The notes under the pieces are model-generated. The model ran no database searches. It saw only the letters and a program-made list of their open reading frames with translations, and was not told the origin of the DNA. Below, piece after piece: positions 37,320 to 48,905 of a stretch of DNA of 64,000 nucleotides; the first letter of the stretch is position 1, and every line of letters starts with the position of its first letter. The stretch comes from Piromyces finnis finn. Its lineage: Eukaryota > Fungi > Neocallimastigomycota. The stretch is taken from NCBI GenBank assembly GCA_002104945.1, contig MCFH01000039.1:372001-436000 (forward strand), read 5' to 3'. The translations under genes were made by a program, and so were the position numbers.

Positions 37320-40300
37320 TTAAGAATTAACTTCGTCCCTTGAAGTCAAATTTTGTTCTGGTAGAACGTAAGGAAAAATATTTTTAATATGCACATTTCT
37401 ATCAAGTAGTTTTCCTGTATGTGGATCTTCAAGTACAACAGTATTAAATTTTTGTTTATTAACAACTTTATAAGGACCATAAAAATAAGGATTTAATTTA
37501 CTTCTTCCTATTAATCTTATCATAACATAATCACCTGGTTTATAAGTTTTCTTTAAAGCTTTGGATAAACCTATTCTATGTTCCCAATATTGATTAGCAT
37601 GATTAGAATATTCAGTAGCTTGTTTTACCCAATTTTGATGCCTTAAAAATCTTCGAAAAATATATTCTTCTTCTGTTTCATTAGGATCTTTATAAATATC
37701 AGGAAACATTATTTCTAATGGCCATGTGTCTCTTCTACCATATAATAGTTCGAAACTACTAAACTTAGTTTTTGAATTTTTGGTGGTTCTAAGTGCCCAA
37801 AGTGCAGATGGTAAATATTCATCCCATTCGGATTCATTTTCAATTAAAAGTCTTAAAGTTTTTCCAATTTCTTTGTTTCTATTTTCAATCATACCATTAG
37901 ATTGTGGGTGATGAGGAGAAACAAAATGAACCCATGATCCATATAGATCAATCATCATTTTAGTAATATCAGACATAAACGAACTTCCATTATCAGTAAC
38001 AATTATTTCTGGTGGACCGTGTCTTGTTATTACTTCTATTAAAAATTTTATTACTTCTTCTGATTTCATATTTGGGATTGCTTTAGCTTCAACCCATTTG
38101 GTGAAATAATCAACAAGGGTAATAATATAAGAATTTCCATGTTTAGTAAGTGGTAATGGACCAACTATATCTAATCCGACTCTAGTAAATGGTTGTTCAA
38201 TTGGGGTTATATTATCTTCAGTATTTTTAGGTAAAGGTTTAGGTCTACAAAGTTGACATTTTCTACAGGACTTTACCCACATTCTTACATCATTCCAAAT
38301 ACCAGGCCAATAGTAAGATTTTAAAATTCTATTTGTGGTCTTTTCAGCACCTTCATGACCAACAGAATGAGCACGACTAATAATATCCTTTTTATCTTCA
38401 TCTTTATAAATAACTTTAAGATATAATTCATCCTTTTTGTAATAAAGAGTATTATCAACAACTTGATAATTTTTAGTAAAATATTTTTTTATTCCTTCAG
38501 GTAGGTCTAAATCTCTTGGATTAAAATCAGATAAAATTGCATAAGCGCAATTTACTATTTCATTAGAGTTTTTAGAAGGCAATCTTGAAAGAGCATCAGC
38601 AAAAACATTTTTCTTTCCTTTATCATATTTTAATTCAATTTTATATTTATTAAATTCTTCAATCCATCTTGCATGTCTACCTTTTGATGGAATATTCTTT
38701 TTATAGAATCCAAGTAATGGTTTATGATCGGTAATTAATATGGTAGGATTTTTATTACTTATAATATATTAACGAAATTGTAAAATAGCATAATATATTG
38801 CTAATCCTTCAAGATCAGTAACAGAATAATTCTTTTCTGAAGTAGATAAAGTACGACTAATACAACAAATTGGATGTTCCAATTTGTCCCCCTCCACCTG
38901 TAAGAGTACAGCACCAATGCCATTAGTTGATGCATCAGTACGAATAATAAATTCTTTATTAAAATCAGGATAACTTAAAATAGGATCACTTAATAGACAT
39001 TGTCGAATATCTTCAAAAGCATCATTACATTCTTGTGACTAAATATATTCTTGGTCTTTCTTTAATAAATTAAAAAGAGAACTTGCTCTAATAGAAAAAT
39101 TTTGAATAAATTTGCGGTAATAACTAGCTAGACCTAGGAATGATCTTAGTTCATTAACATTTCTTGGAGCATTCCATAAGGCAATACTTTGAACTTTAGA
39201 AGGAACAGTTTTTAATCCATTAGGTGTAAGTACATGTCCTAGTACTTCTACCTTTTCTTGAAAGAATTTACATTTTTGTAAATTAAGAGAAAGATTATAT
39301 TTAGATAATATTTCAAAAACTTGTTGTAAATGATAAAGATGTTCTTCAGGTGATTTAGAATAAACAACAATATCATCAATATAAACAAAAAGACATTTAC
39401 CAATTAATGGTAAGAGAATCCTATTCATTTCTCGCTGGAAAGTAGCGGGAGCATTAGTTAAACCAAATGGCATTACTTTAAAATTATAATTACCAAATTT
39501 CGTTGTAAAAGCAGTTTTTTCAATATCATTTGGATTCATAGGAATTTGATGATAGCCAGAATATAAATCTAAAGCAGAAAATATTTTTGCACCATTAACA
39601 GAAGAAATTAATTCATCAATAAAAGGAAGTGCATAAGAATCCTTAATGGTAATTTCATTAAGTCTTCTATAATCAATACACATTCTCCATTTACCATTTT
39701 TCTTTTGTACAAGCAGAACTGGAAATGACCATGGAGAGTGAGGAGTAATTAAACCTTTATCAAGTAATGAAAGAATTTCACTTTTTAAAATATCAGCATG
39801 TTCCTTAGATAATTTATAAGGTTTTAATTTTATTGGTTTATTAGTAGTAGTAATTATAGAATGAGGCTCTAGATCCGCAGTAGTTAATTGAGACATTGAT
39901 GTAGCCATACAATTTTTATATTTATTTATAATATGTTCAAATTTTGATTTAATATTATCAGGTGTTGAATTTAAAATTTCTTTTAATGTATCTTGAAATT
40001 CTTGGTTTTCTTCTTTTGAAATAATTATAGAATTCATCAAAGGAATATCATTAATATCATTATCATTACTATTGATAATATTTGTAATTTTCTTTAAACC
40101 TTTTTTTGTTTTTTGATATATATAATCATCATCAGGGTCAATAAATAAACGGTATTTCTTTTGAATACCTCTTCCAAAAATTATATCAAAGTATGGGTTA
40201 CTTTGTTCTATAATATAAAATTTTTCTAAAATAGTACAACAATTATTAATATTTATTTTTAAAGTAGTAAAAATATTTGTAGGAACAGTAGTACCATTAG

Positions 40301-41168
40301 CAATAGTTATATTTTGTTCCTCATCACTTTTTTCAATATTTTTATTAGATAATTTATTAAAACCATTTGTAGTAATGATATTGACGTTTGCGCCAGTATC
40401 ATAAAGAATTTTTAAATATTTTCCATCTATGTCGCCAATTATTAATGGAATATTAGAGTTATTAAAGGAGTACATCACTTTTTCAACTTTAGGTTTACAA
40501 CCTTGTTCTAATTCTTTTCTAAGCGATGGACTAGTAGAGAGTAATTGAGAAAGACTTATTTTTGGATATAAATTATTTGCTTCTTTAATTATACTAAATT
40601 TATCTTTGGTTTTTAACATTTGTATTTCTGTCATATTTCTTTTTGTAGTTACCTTGGGTTTGACAAGATTTTTCTTTACTTTTATATTATTAGTTTCATT
40701 ATTATTTTTAAAAGTTTCTTCATTAGTAGAATTGTTAGAATCATTAATTTCAATAGGTTGGATATGTTCTTTTGTATTCGTAACTTCTTCTAAAGGTATT
40801 TCATTGGTATTATTTTGTTCTTCTTCACTTTCTATTTCTGTTTCTTCATTTGGGATTTCTTCCATCTTTTCATCTTTATCTTCACTAATTTTTCTTCTAC
40901 GAGTATCTCTAATATTCTTCTTTTGTTGTTTTAAATTCCTAATGTTGGGTTGGTTAAGTATTGAGGGTTTGACAATACTTTTATTATTTGATGATATTTT
41001 ATTTTTATCTAGTGTTTTAACATTTATTCTCTTCTTTTGAGCGGCATTTATAGAATAATTATTTTCATTAGAGATATTAGAATTTATTTGGGCTTCTTGT
41101 ACATTTTGTGAATTGTTTGCAATTTTAGTTTTTATGGGAGATTGCTTACTCCCATTATTTAATTTAAA
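37320..41168 (-). pseudogene. pol: Pol of element D (PR-RT-RH-IN) with two in-frame stops
   Basis: LYDTGA, YIDD, RTDAS, HHCC, TDNGSSF, GPY; stops at 39039-39041 and 38769-38771; one frame from 41168. Confidence 0.92.
41119..41168 (-). promoter_or_regulatory. -1 ribosomal frameshift signal (slippery site + pseudoknot)
   Basis: T TTA AAT before the gag stop, 6-nt spacer, ATGGGAG/CTCCCAT and GCAAT/ATTGC stems; -1 frame is pol. Confidence 0.8.
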
Positions 41169-42127
41169 TGATTATATTCATCATCTAATTCTGGACAATC
41201 ATTCGTAGTATGACCTATTCTTTTACAATTTAAACAAACATTAATTTTTAGGTCAGCAAGCTTTTGAGTTATTTCTTTTAGTTCATCATCATTATTTTGT
41301 GGATATTTTAAGGTACTTCTTCTTTGCTCAACATTTTGACTAATATTATTAAATCTTGGATAATTATTGTTATTATTATTGTAGTTATTATTTTGAATAT
41401 TACTATTATAATTATTATTTCTGTAGTTATTAGTATAATTTCTATTATTATAATTTTTAAAACTATTTTGGGTGGTATTATTATTATTCATTCGGTTATA
41501 ACTATTAAAATTATTGGAATATGCTTTATCATTATTTCTTTGAGCATTATTATCATTTGGAGATCTTCTAGAATTAATGGAGGTCCTCATTTTGGGTCTA
41601 TTTTCTTCGACTATGTTATAAATTTTCTCTTTCTTAATAGTAATATTCCTGGCTTCTTCTAAACTTTTTGGTTCAGCTTCTAATAGTGCCTCATAAGTCT
41701 TGGTAAAGTTTCTAAAGGCATTAATATAGTATGATATAATAATTTCATTTGACATTTTTAGATTTGTTTTATTTATTAGAGAGTCAAATTTTATATTAAA
41801 TTCAGATACACTTTCATTTTTCTTTATTGTAATAGTAGATAATTCTAATAATCTAGAATTCTTTGGTATGGAACCTCTAAAATAATTTTTAAGGTTTTTG
41901 ACGATGGTATCATAATCATCTGGTGTCTCTTTATTTAATGCATTAACTACAATTGTTCTAGCGGTACCTGTAGTTAATGATATAAGATATTCTAACTTTT
42001 CTTGTTCTGGTATCTTATATAAATTACACCAATGTTTAAAAGAAAATTCCCAATCATCAAATTCAACCTTTGTTGAACCCAAAATAGGTATTCTATTAAA
42101 GGTGATACCTTTAGTAGTATTATCCAT
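41159..42127 (-). CDS. gag: Gag of element D
   Basis: Intact 322-aa ORF, Asn-rich segment, CLNCKRIGHTTNDC. Confidence 0.9.
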   Translation of the reverse strand: MDNTTKGITFNRIPILGSTKVEFDDWEFSFKHWCNLYKIPEQEKLEYLISLTTGTARTIVVNALNKETPDDYDTIVKNLKNYFRGSIPKNSRLLELSTITIKKNESVSEFNIKFDSLINKTNLKMSNEIIISYYINAFRNFTKTYEALLEAEPKSLEEARNITIKKEKIYNIVEENRPKMRTSINSRRSPNDNNAQRNNDKAYSNNFNSYNRMNNNNTTQNSFKNYNNRNYTNNYRNNNYNSNIQNNNYNNNNNNYPRFNNISQNVEQRRSTLKYPQNNDDELKEITQKLADLKINVCLNCKRIGHTTNDCPELDDEYNHLN

Positions 42128-44120
42128 TATTACTTTTTATTTTTATTTTATTTAATTTTATTTTAATATTTTATTTAAAAGTTTTAATTTTATTTGTTTA
42201 TAATAAGTACAATAATATATTTTTATTTACAATTATTTTTATTTATACTGAATTTTTTTTATTTACAATAATATAATTTTATTTACAAGTATTTAGTATT
42301 ATTTACAATAATTTGTTCACAATAAAATAATTTTATTTACAGATATTTTTTTTTTTTTTTTTTATAAAGGATATTAGGTTTTTTTTTTTTTTTATTAATA
42401 AAATATACTCTTATATAATGTAGTATGATAGAGAGCAATTTAGTTGTTATGTGTAGACAGTTATTTTAATTTTATTGTTATTAGGGAACTTTATTCTTGA
42501 GAAAATTTTATTAACGTTATGAGTATATTTTATTTATATCAAATTTTTTTTATATATTAGTATTGTTATTTATAAAGAATAGTTGTTTTTAATGTAAGGT
42601 ATATATATATATTTCTTTTATTATTACAAAGCAGAAAGATAATATTGATTATGTTGTTATAGTACCTTCAGAGTACCCGACAGTTTCGTCACCGTGCCTT
42701 TCGACCTCCACTAACTAACCGTCATAAATATTAAGTGGTGTAATATTTACTTATTAGTTAGCGCTCTACTCCCCCACGATATGTGATAAAACTGCACTCT
42801 TACTAACTTACTATAAAACACTTTAATTATCTCAGTAATTAATTAACCGAAAAGATAAACAAAAGTTATTTTTCGCTGAAAATTAACTAAAAAGACAACT
42901 CAATATTATTGCTTTTATTATTTGAAATTTATAACAATACTTTTAATTTTATTTAACCGATGATTATATTTTATAATTTTTATTAAATAATTTTTATCTT
43001 TAATTTATAAATTATACTTATTAATTTATAATTATAATTTATGTATTTCTTTTTCTTTTAAAAAAAAATAATTAAATATAAAACTTTATTTACAGGATTT
43101 ATTTTTCGCTTTTTAGTGCCTTACAACAATTTAATTAACCGGCAAAAGCTACTAACTAGAGGTGATATACTAGACCTCAAAATAAATTTAAACTATATAT
43201 TTTTATGTCGCTTTACCTTCACGACAAACCTTTAGCCTTCGGTGACTAAAGTTCCTTATTCGCCAGAGTTCACTAAAGTATTCAACTTGAGAGTCCTGTA
43301 TTGCGTGCTTTTTATCACACTAACAATCCCTTCCTCCAAGTAAGCGTGCTATTCACACTCGTCCTACTTTTACAAATACTTCAGTGATTAACAGCTATAG
43401 TTTCTAACCGACTGAAACTAGTTAATTATACACTGAAACTCTGTATATGAGCTCTATACGCTCCTAGTATATTTTTACAAGTATTTTTAATTTATAAAGT
43501 TTTATATTTATAATAATTTTTTTTTTTTTTTTTTTTTTTTTTTTGTAGTATATATATTTTTTATATATATATATACTTATATCTTTATTTATTATTATTT
43601 TATTTTATTATATGTTTGTTTTTATGTATATATATCTAATGTATATATACCTATTTTATTATTATTATTATTATTAATTATTTTAACTATCTAATTTATA
43701 ATATTATTAACTATTTATCTAATCTATGATATTTTTATAAAATTCTTTTCTTATTTAAAATATTTATATATTTTATATAATATATAATATTTATATATCA
43801 ATTTGCTATATTAATACTATACTATTAAGTATTATAATTTATTTATTTTATTTTTAATGTTATTTTAATAATATTTAAATAATATTTCAATATTGGGTAT
43901 TGATTTATTATTTTAATATTACTTTATTATTTAATATTTATTAAATTTTAATAAGCTATAATTTCTAAATAGATGAAATATTGAGAATATCTAACTATTC
44001 TATTAACTATCTATTCTATACTATTATAACTTGATTATTTAATTAATTTCATAAAATATTTTACTATTTTTTATGAAATTTTTATATAAAGAAAATTTTA
44101 TATTTACCTTATTTTGATTC

Positions 44121-44137
44121 TCCGGTTCGAAGGACCA
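44121..44137 (-). promoter_or_regulatory. PBS, tRNA-Tyr-like 3' end
   Basis: TGGTCCTTCGAACCGGA 1 nt after the 5' LTR. Confidence 0.85.
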
Positions 44138-44936
44138 TTGATATAATTTGATAATAATCTTAATTTTGAATTTTACTTCAAAAAGTGATTATTATATTAT
44201 ATCTTGAGTTATAACTATATAAGTTATATGGATTAGAATTTGAAATTGTTTTTATAAAGATTAATAAAATTGTTTTATTAAAAACACTAAATTGTTTTAT
44301 TAGAAACACTCGTTTTTCTAATATTTAAATATTTAAAATTTTATTTAATTAATTATAAAAGTGATTATTAAAATTATAATATTTCTTTATTAATAATAAT
44401 AATAATGATTAAAATAAGAATATTTACATGTATTTATATTTTCTTTTAATTTTAAACTATTTACATTAAAATAATAAAATTAATAACTATTTACAGTAAA
44501 AGTAATAAAAGTAATTAAAAATAACAATAAAAGAAATAATTAAAAGTTAAAGAATATAAAAAGTTGTTTATTTTACAATTAATTAAAGTAATAACTATTT
44601 TTAATATTTTAATAAAAGTGTATAATTATATTATTTTATAACATGGATTATTATATTTGTTTACTTTTAAAGTGTAATTTACTAACGAAGTTATTAAATA
44701 TTTAATTTAATAATTAATTTAACAAAAGTTATATATTTTGATCTCGATTAATTAAAGTTTATTATTTTCTTTCAATAATTAGAATATATGCAGTGTTTAG
44801 GATTAATTTTATTTTAGAATTTTGGTAAAGTAATTAATTAAACTATAACTTATTTAAAGTTACTTTTAGGGTTAATTTGAAAATCAGGTTTAATAATAAT
44901 TTTATATTTATTAATTTCATTATTTATCAGAATACT

Positions 44937-45442
44937 TGTAAAAGGTTTTTTATAATATTAGTTAATAAGTTGCTAATTAGTTAATTAAGTTAGTTATTAC
45001 CTCTCTATACGAGTTAATAACTAAATAAAGTTTTATAAAAAATAATAAAAGAAAGAAAATAAATATTATAACACTAAAATAAATATAAACGCTTATATAA
45101 ATATTTTATGAAATAACTTTTACTTAAATAATTATATTTTAATTATATCTTTTATTTATTTATTATAATTATAATACATTAATTATTATTATAGCTATTA
45201 ATTTACTTTAATACTAACGCTAAAGTATTTAACGTTAGTTTTAACTATACTATTTAACTATATTTAACTATATGAGTTTATTTTCTTTACCACTTGATTG
45301 GGTAAAGCAAATAAGCTTCCTATTTAATTAATAACCATTAATATATGGTTATACATATATTTGGCCAATAAATGATGACCAGAATATATGGTTTCAATTG
45401 AAATATTTGTGGGCAAACTTATGGCCACAAATATTTCTTACA
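44937..45442. mobile_element. Solo LTR, family E (copy 3)
   Basis: E termini; TSD ATACT. Confidence 0.95.
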
Positions 45443-45447
45443 ATACT

Positions 45448-45863
45448 AGAAATAACTAAATTGTCTTAGTGGTTAGTAGCTAAGACTTTGAGTCTGAATG
45501 ACACTAGTTTGAGACCTCATAGATACTATTTTAAAAAAATTATAATTTTATTTTATTTTTAAATTTTATTTTATATGAAGATTATTGATTGGTTAAGAAT
45601 TTTAAGTTGAAAAAATTTTATAAATTAATTTAAAAAATTTTTAGTATAAATACGAGTGAATTTTCCCAAATATTTTAAAGAATCGAGATTTTATTAATAA
45701 ATAATTATATTATTAAACACTAACTTATTAAGTTAAATTCTATGTGTTTTTAATGATATTTTTATAAATTAATAATTTACAGAATATTTTAAAGTGTTAA
45801 TATTACTAAGTTATTTAGTAAATATTATAATTTGTTTTATTGTTAAAGACACATTTCTTTACA
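45448..45863 (+). mobile_element. K-group LTR remnant (K5) with degenerate A/B-box module
   Basis: Homologous to 10630-11007; TGTCTTAGTGG at 45462, AGTTTGAGAC at 45506; ends TTTACA. Confidence 0.6.
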
Positions 45864-48800
45864 ATAATAATAATAATAATAAAATAGGTATATATACGAT
45901 AATAAATAAAGAGTTAAGTATATATATATAAAAAATATATATATACACAAAAAACAAAAAAAAATATAAATATAAAACTATATAAATAAGAATACTTGTA
46001 AAAATATACTAGGAGCGTATAGAGCTCATATACAGAGTTTCAGTGTACAATTAACTAGTTTCAGTTGGTTAGAAACTATAGCTGTTAATTGTTGAAGTAT
46101 TTGTAAAAGTTGGACGAGTGTGAATAGCACGCTTACTTGGGGGAAGGGATTGTTAGTGTGATAAAAAGCACGCAATATAGGACTCTCAAATTGAATACTT
46201 TAACAAACTCTGGCGAATAGGGAACTTTAGTCACCGAAGGCTAAAGGTTTGTCGTGAAGGTAAAGCGACATAAAAATATATAGTTTAAATTTATTTTGAG
46301 GTCTATATCACCTCTAGTTAGTAGCTTTTGCTGGTTAATTAAATTGTTGTAAGGCATTAAAAAGCGAAAAAAAAAAATAAATCCTGTAGAGGTCGAAAGA
46401 CACGGTGACGAAACTATCGGGTACTCTGAAGGTACTATAACAACATAATCAGTATTATCTTCTGCTTTGTAATAATAAAATAAAATATACCTTACACTAA
46501 AACCTTATAAATAACAATACTAATATATAAAGTAATTTGATATAAATAAAATATACTCATAACGTTATAATAAATAATAATAAAATTTTCTCAAATAAAG
46601 TTCTCTAATAACAATAAAATTAAAATAACTGTCTACACATAACAACTAATTGCTTCCTATCATATTATATTATATAAGAGTATATTTTATTAATAAAAAA
46701 AATCTAATATCTTTTATATAAAATATCTGTAAATAAAATTGTTTTATTGTGAATAAATTATTGTAAATAATACCAAATACTTGCAAATAAAATTATATTA
46801 TTGTAAATAAAAATCATTGTAAAAAAATATATTATTGTAATTATTATAAATTAGAACTTTTAAATAAAATATTAAAATAAAATTAAATAAAATAATATAA
46901 AGAAAAATAAAAAAAATAATAATGGATAATATTACTAAAGGTATTACTTTTAATAGAATACCTATTTTGGGTTCGACAAAGGTTGAATTTGATGATTAGG
47001 TATTTTCTTTTAAACATTGATGGTCCCAGAACAAGAAAAATTAGAATACCTTATATCATTAACTACAGGTACAGCTAGAACAATTGTAGTTAATGCATTA
47101 AACAAAGAAACACCAGATGATTATAATACCATCATCAAAAACCTTAAAAGTCATTTTAAAGGTTCCATACCAAAGATTTCAAGACTATTAGAATTATCTA
47201 CTATTACAATAAAGAAAATTGAAAGTGTATCTGAATTCAATATTAAATTTAACTCTTTAATAAATAAAACAAATTTAAAAATGTTAAATGAAATTATATT
47301 ATCATACTACATTAATGCTTTTAGAAATTTTACCAGAAGGTCCTCAAATGATAATAATGCTCAAAGAAATAACTTTAATAGTTACAGCAGAATAAATAAC
47401 AATTATACCACTCAAAATAGTTTTAAAAATTATAATTATAGAAATTATACTAATAATCACAGAAATAATAATTATAATAATAATATTCAAAATAGCAACT
47501 ACAATAATAATAATAATTATTCAAGATTTAATAATATTAACCAAAATGTGGAGCAAAGAAGTACCTTAAAATATCCACAAAATAATGAGGATGAACTAAA
47601 AGAAATAACCCAAAAGCTTGCTGACCTAAAAATTAATGTTTGTTCAGATTGTAAAATAATAGGTCATACAACGAATGATTGTCCAGAATTAGATGATGAA
47701 TATAATCATTTAAATTAAATAATGGGAGTAAGCAATCTCCCATAAAAACTAAAATTGCAAACAATTCACAAAATGTACAAGAAGCCCAAATAAATTCTAA
47801 TATCTCTAATGAAAATAATTATTCTATAAATGCTGCTCAAAAGAAGAAAATAAATGTTAAAACATTAGATAAAAATAAAATATCATCAAATAATAAAAGT
47901 ATTGTCAAGCCCTCAATACTTAACCAACCTAACATTAGAAACTTAAAACAACAAAAGAAAGTTATTAGAAATACTCGTAGAAGAAAAATTAATAAAGATA
48001 AAGATGAAGTTATGGAAGAAATCCCAAATGAAGAAATAGAAATAGAAAGAAGAACAAAATAATACCAAAGAAATATCTTTAGAAGAAGTTACTAATACAA
48101 AAGAGCATATCCAACCTATCAAAATTAATGATTCTAATAATTCTACTAATGAAGAAACTTTTAAAAATAATAATAAAACAAATAATGTAAAAGTAAAGAA
48201 AAATTTTGTCAAACCCAAAGTAACTACAAAAAGAAATATGATAGAAATGCAAATATTAAAAACTAAAGATAAATTTATTATAATTAAAGAAGCAAATAAT
48301 TTATATCCAAAAATAAGTCTTACTCAATTACTTTTTGCTAGTCCATCACTCAGGAAAGAACTAGAACAAGGTTGTAAACCTAAAGTTGAAAAAGTGATGT
48401 ACTCCTTTAATAACTCTAATATTCCATTAATAATTGGTGATATAGATGGAAAATATTTAAAAATTCTTTACGATACTGGCGCAAATGTCAATATCATTAC
48501 TACAAATGGTTTCAATAAATTATCAAATAAAAATATTGAAAAAAGTGATGAGGAACAAAATATAACTATTGTTAATGGTACTGCTGTTCCTACAAATATT
48601 TTTACTACTTTAAAAATAAATATTAATAATTGTTATACTATTTTAGAAAAATTTTATATTATTGAACAAAGTAATCCATACTTTGATATAATTTTTGGAA
48701 GAGGTATTCAAAAGAAATACCGTTTATTTGACCCTGAAATTATATATATCAGAAAACTAAAAAAGGTTTAAAGAAAATTACAAACATTATCAATAGTAAT

Positions 48801-48905
48801 GATAATGATACTAATGATATTTCTTTAATGAATTTTATAATTATTTCAAAAGAAGAAAACCAAGAATTTAAAGACACATTAAAAGAAATCTTAAATTCAA
48901 CACCT
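45864..48905 (+). mobile_element. Truncated family-D copy (D2): 5' UTR, gag, protease
   Basis: Reverse-complement match to ~39955-43670; gag ATG 46922 with early TAG and internal deletion; no LTRs. Confidence 0.92.

Larger units (their letters stand above)
36516..44929 (-). mobile_element. Full-length non-chromodomain Gypsy element D
   Basis: 791-bp LTRs 36516-37306 and 44139-44929, no difference seen by eye; TGATA..TATCA; 4-bp TSD GAAT; tRNA-Tyr PBS; ~2-kb 5' UTR. Confidence 0.97.

Noticed and set aside
45864-45873. Self-priming PBS after K5
   Set aside because: The sequence after the LTR is D2 leader (ATAATAATAA) and does not complement GAGATTTTAT
28758-46999. RIP-like or APOBEC-like hypermutation suggested by TGG->TAG stops (28758, 39039, 46997)
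   Set aside because: Trp codons are the commonest transition route to stops, so this is ascertainment bias; a dinucleotide analysis across copies is needed, and the D LTRs look unmutated
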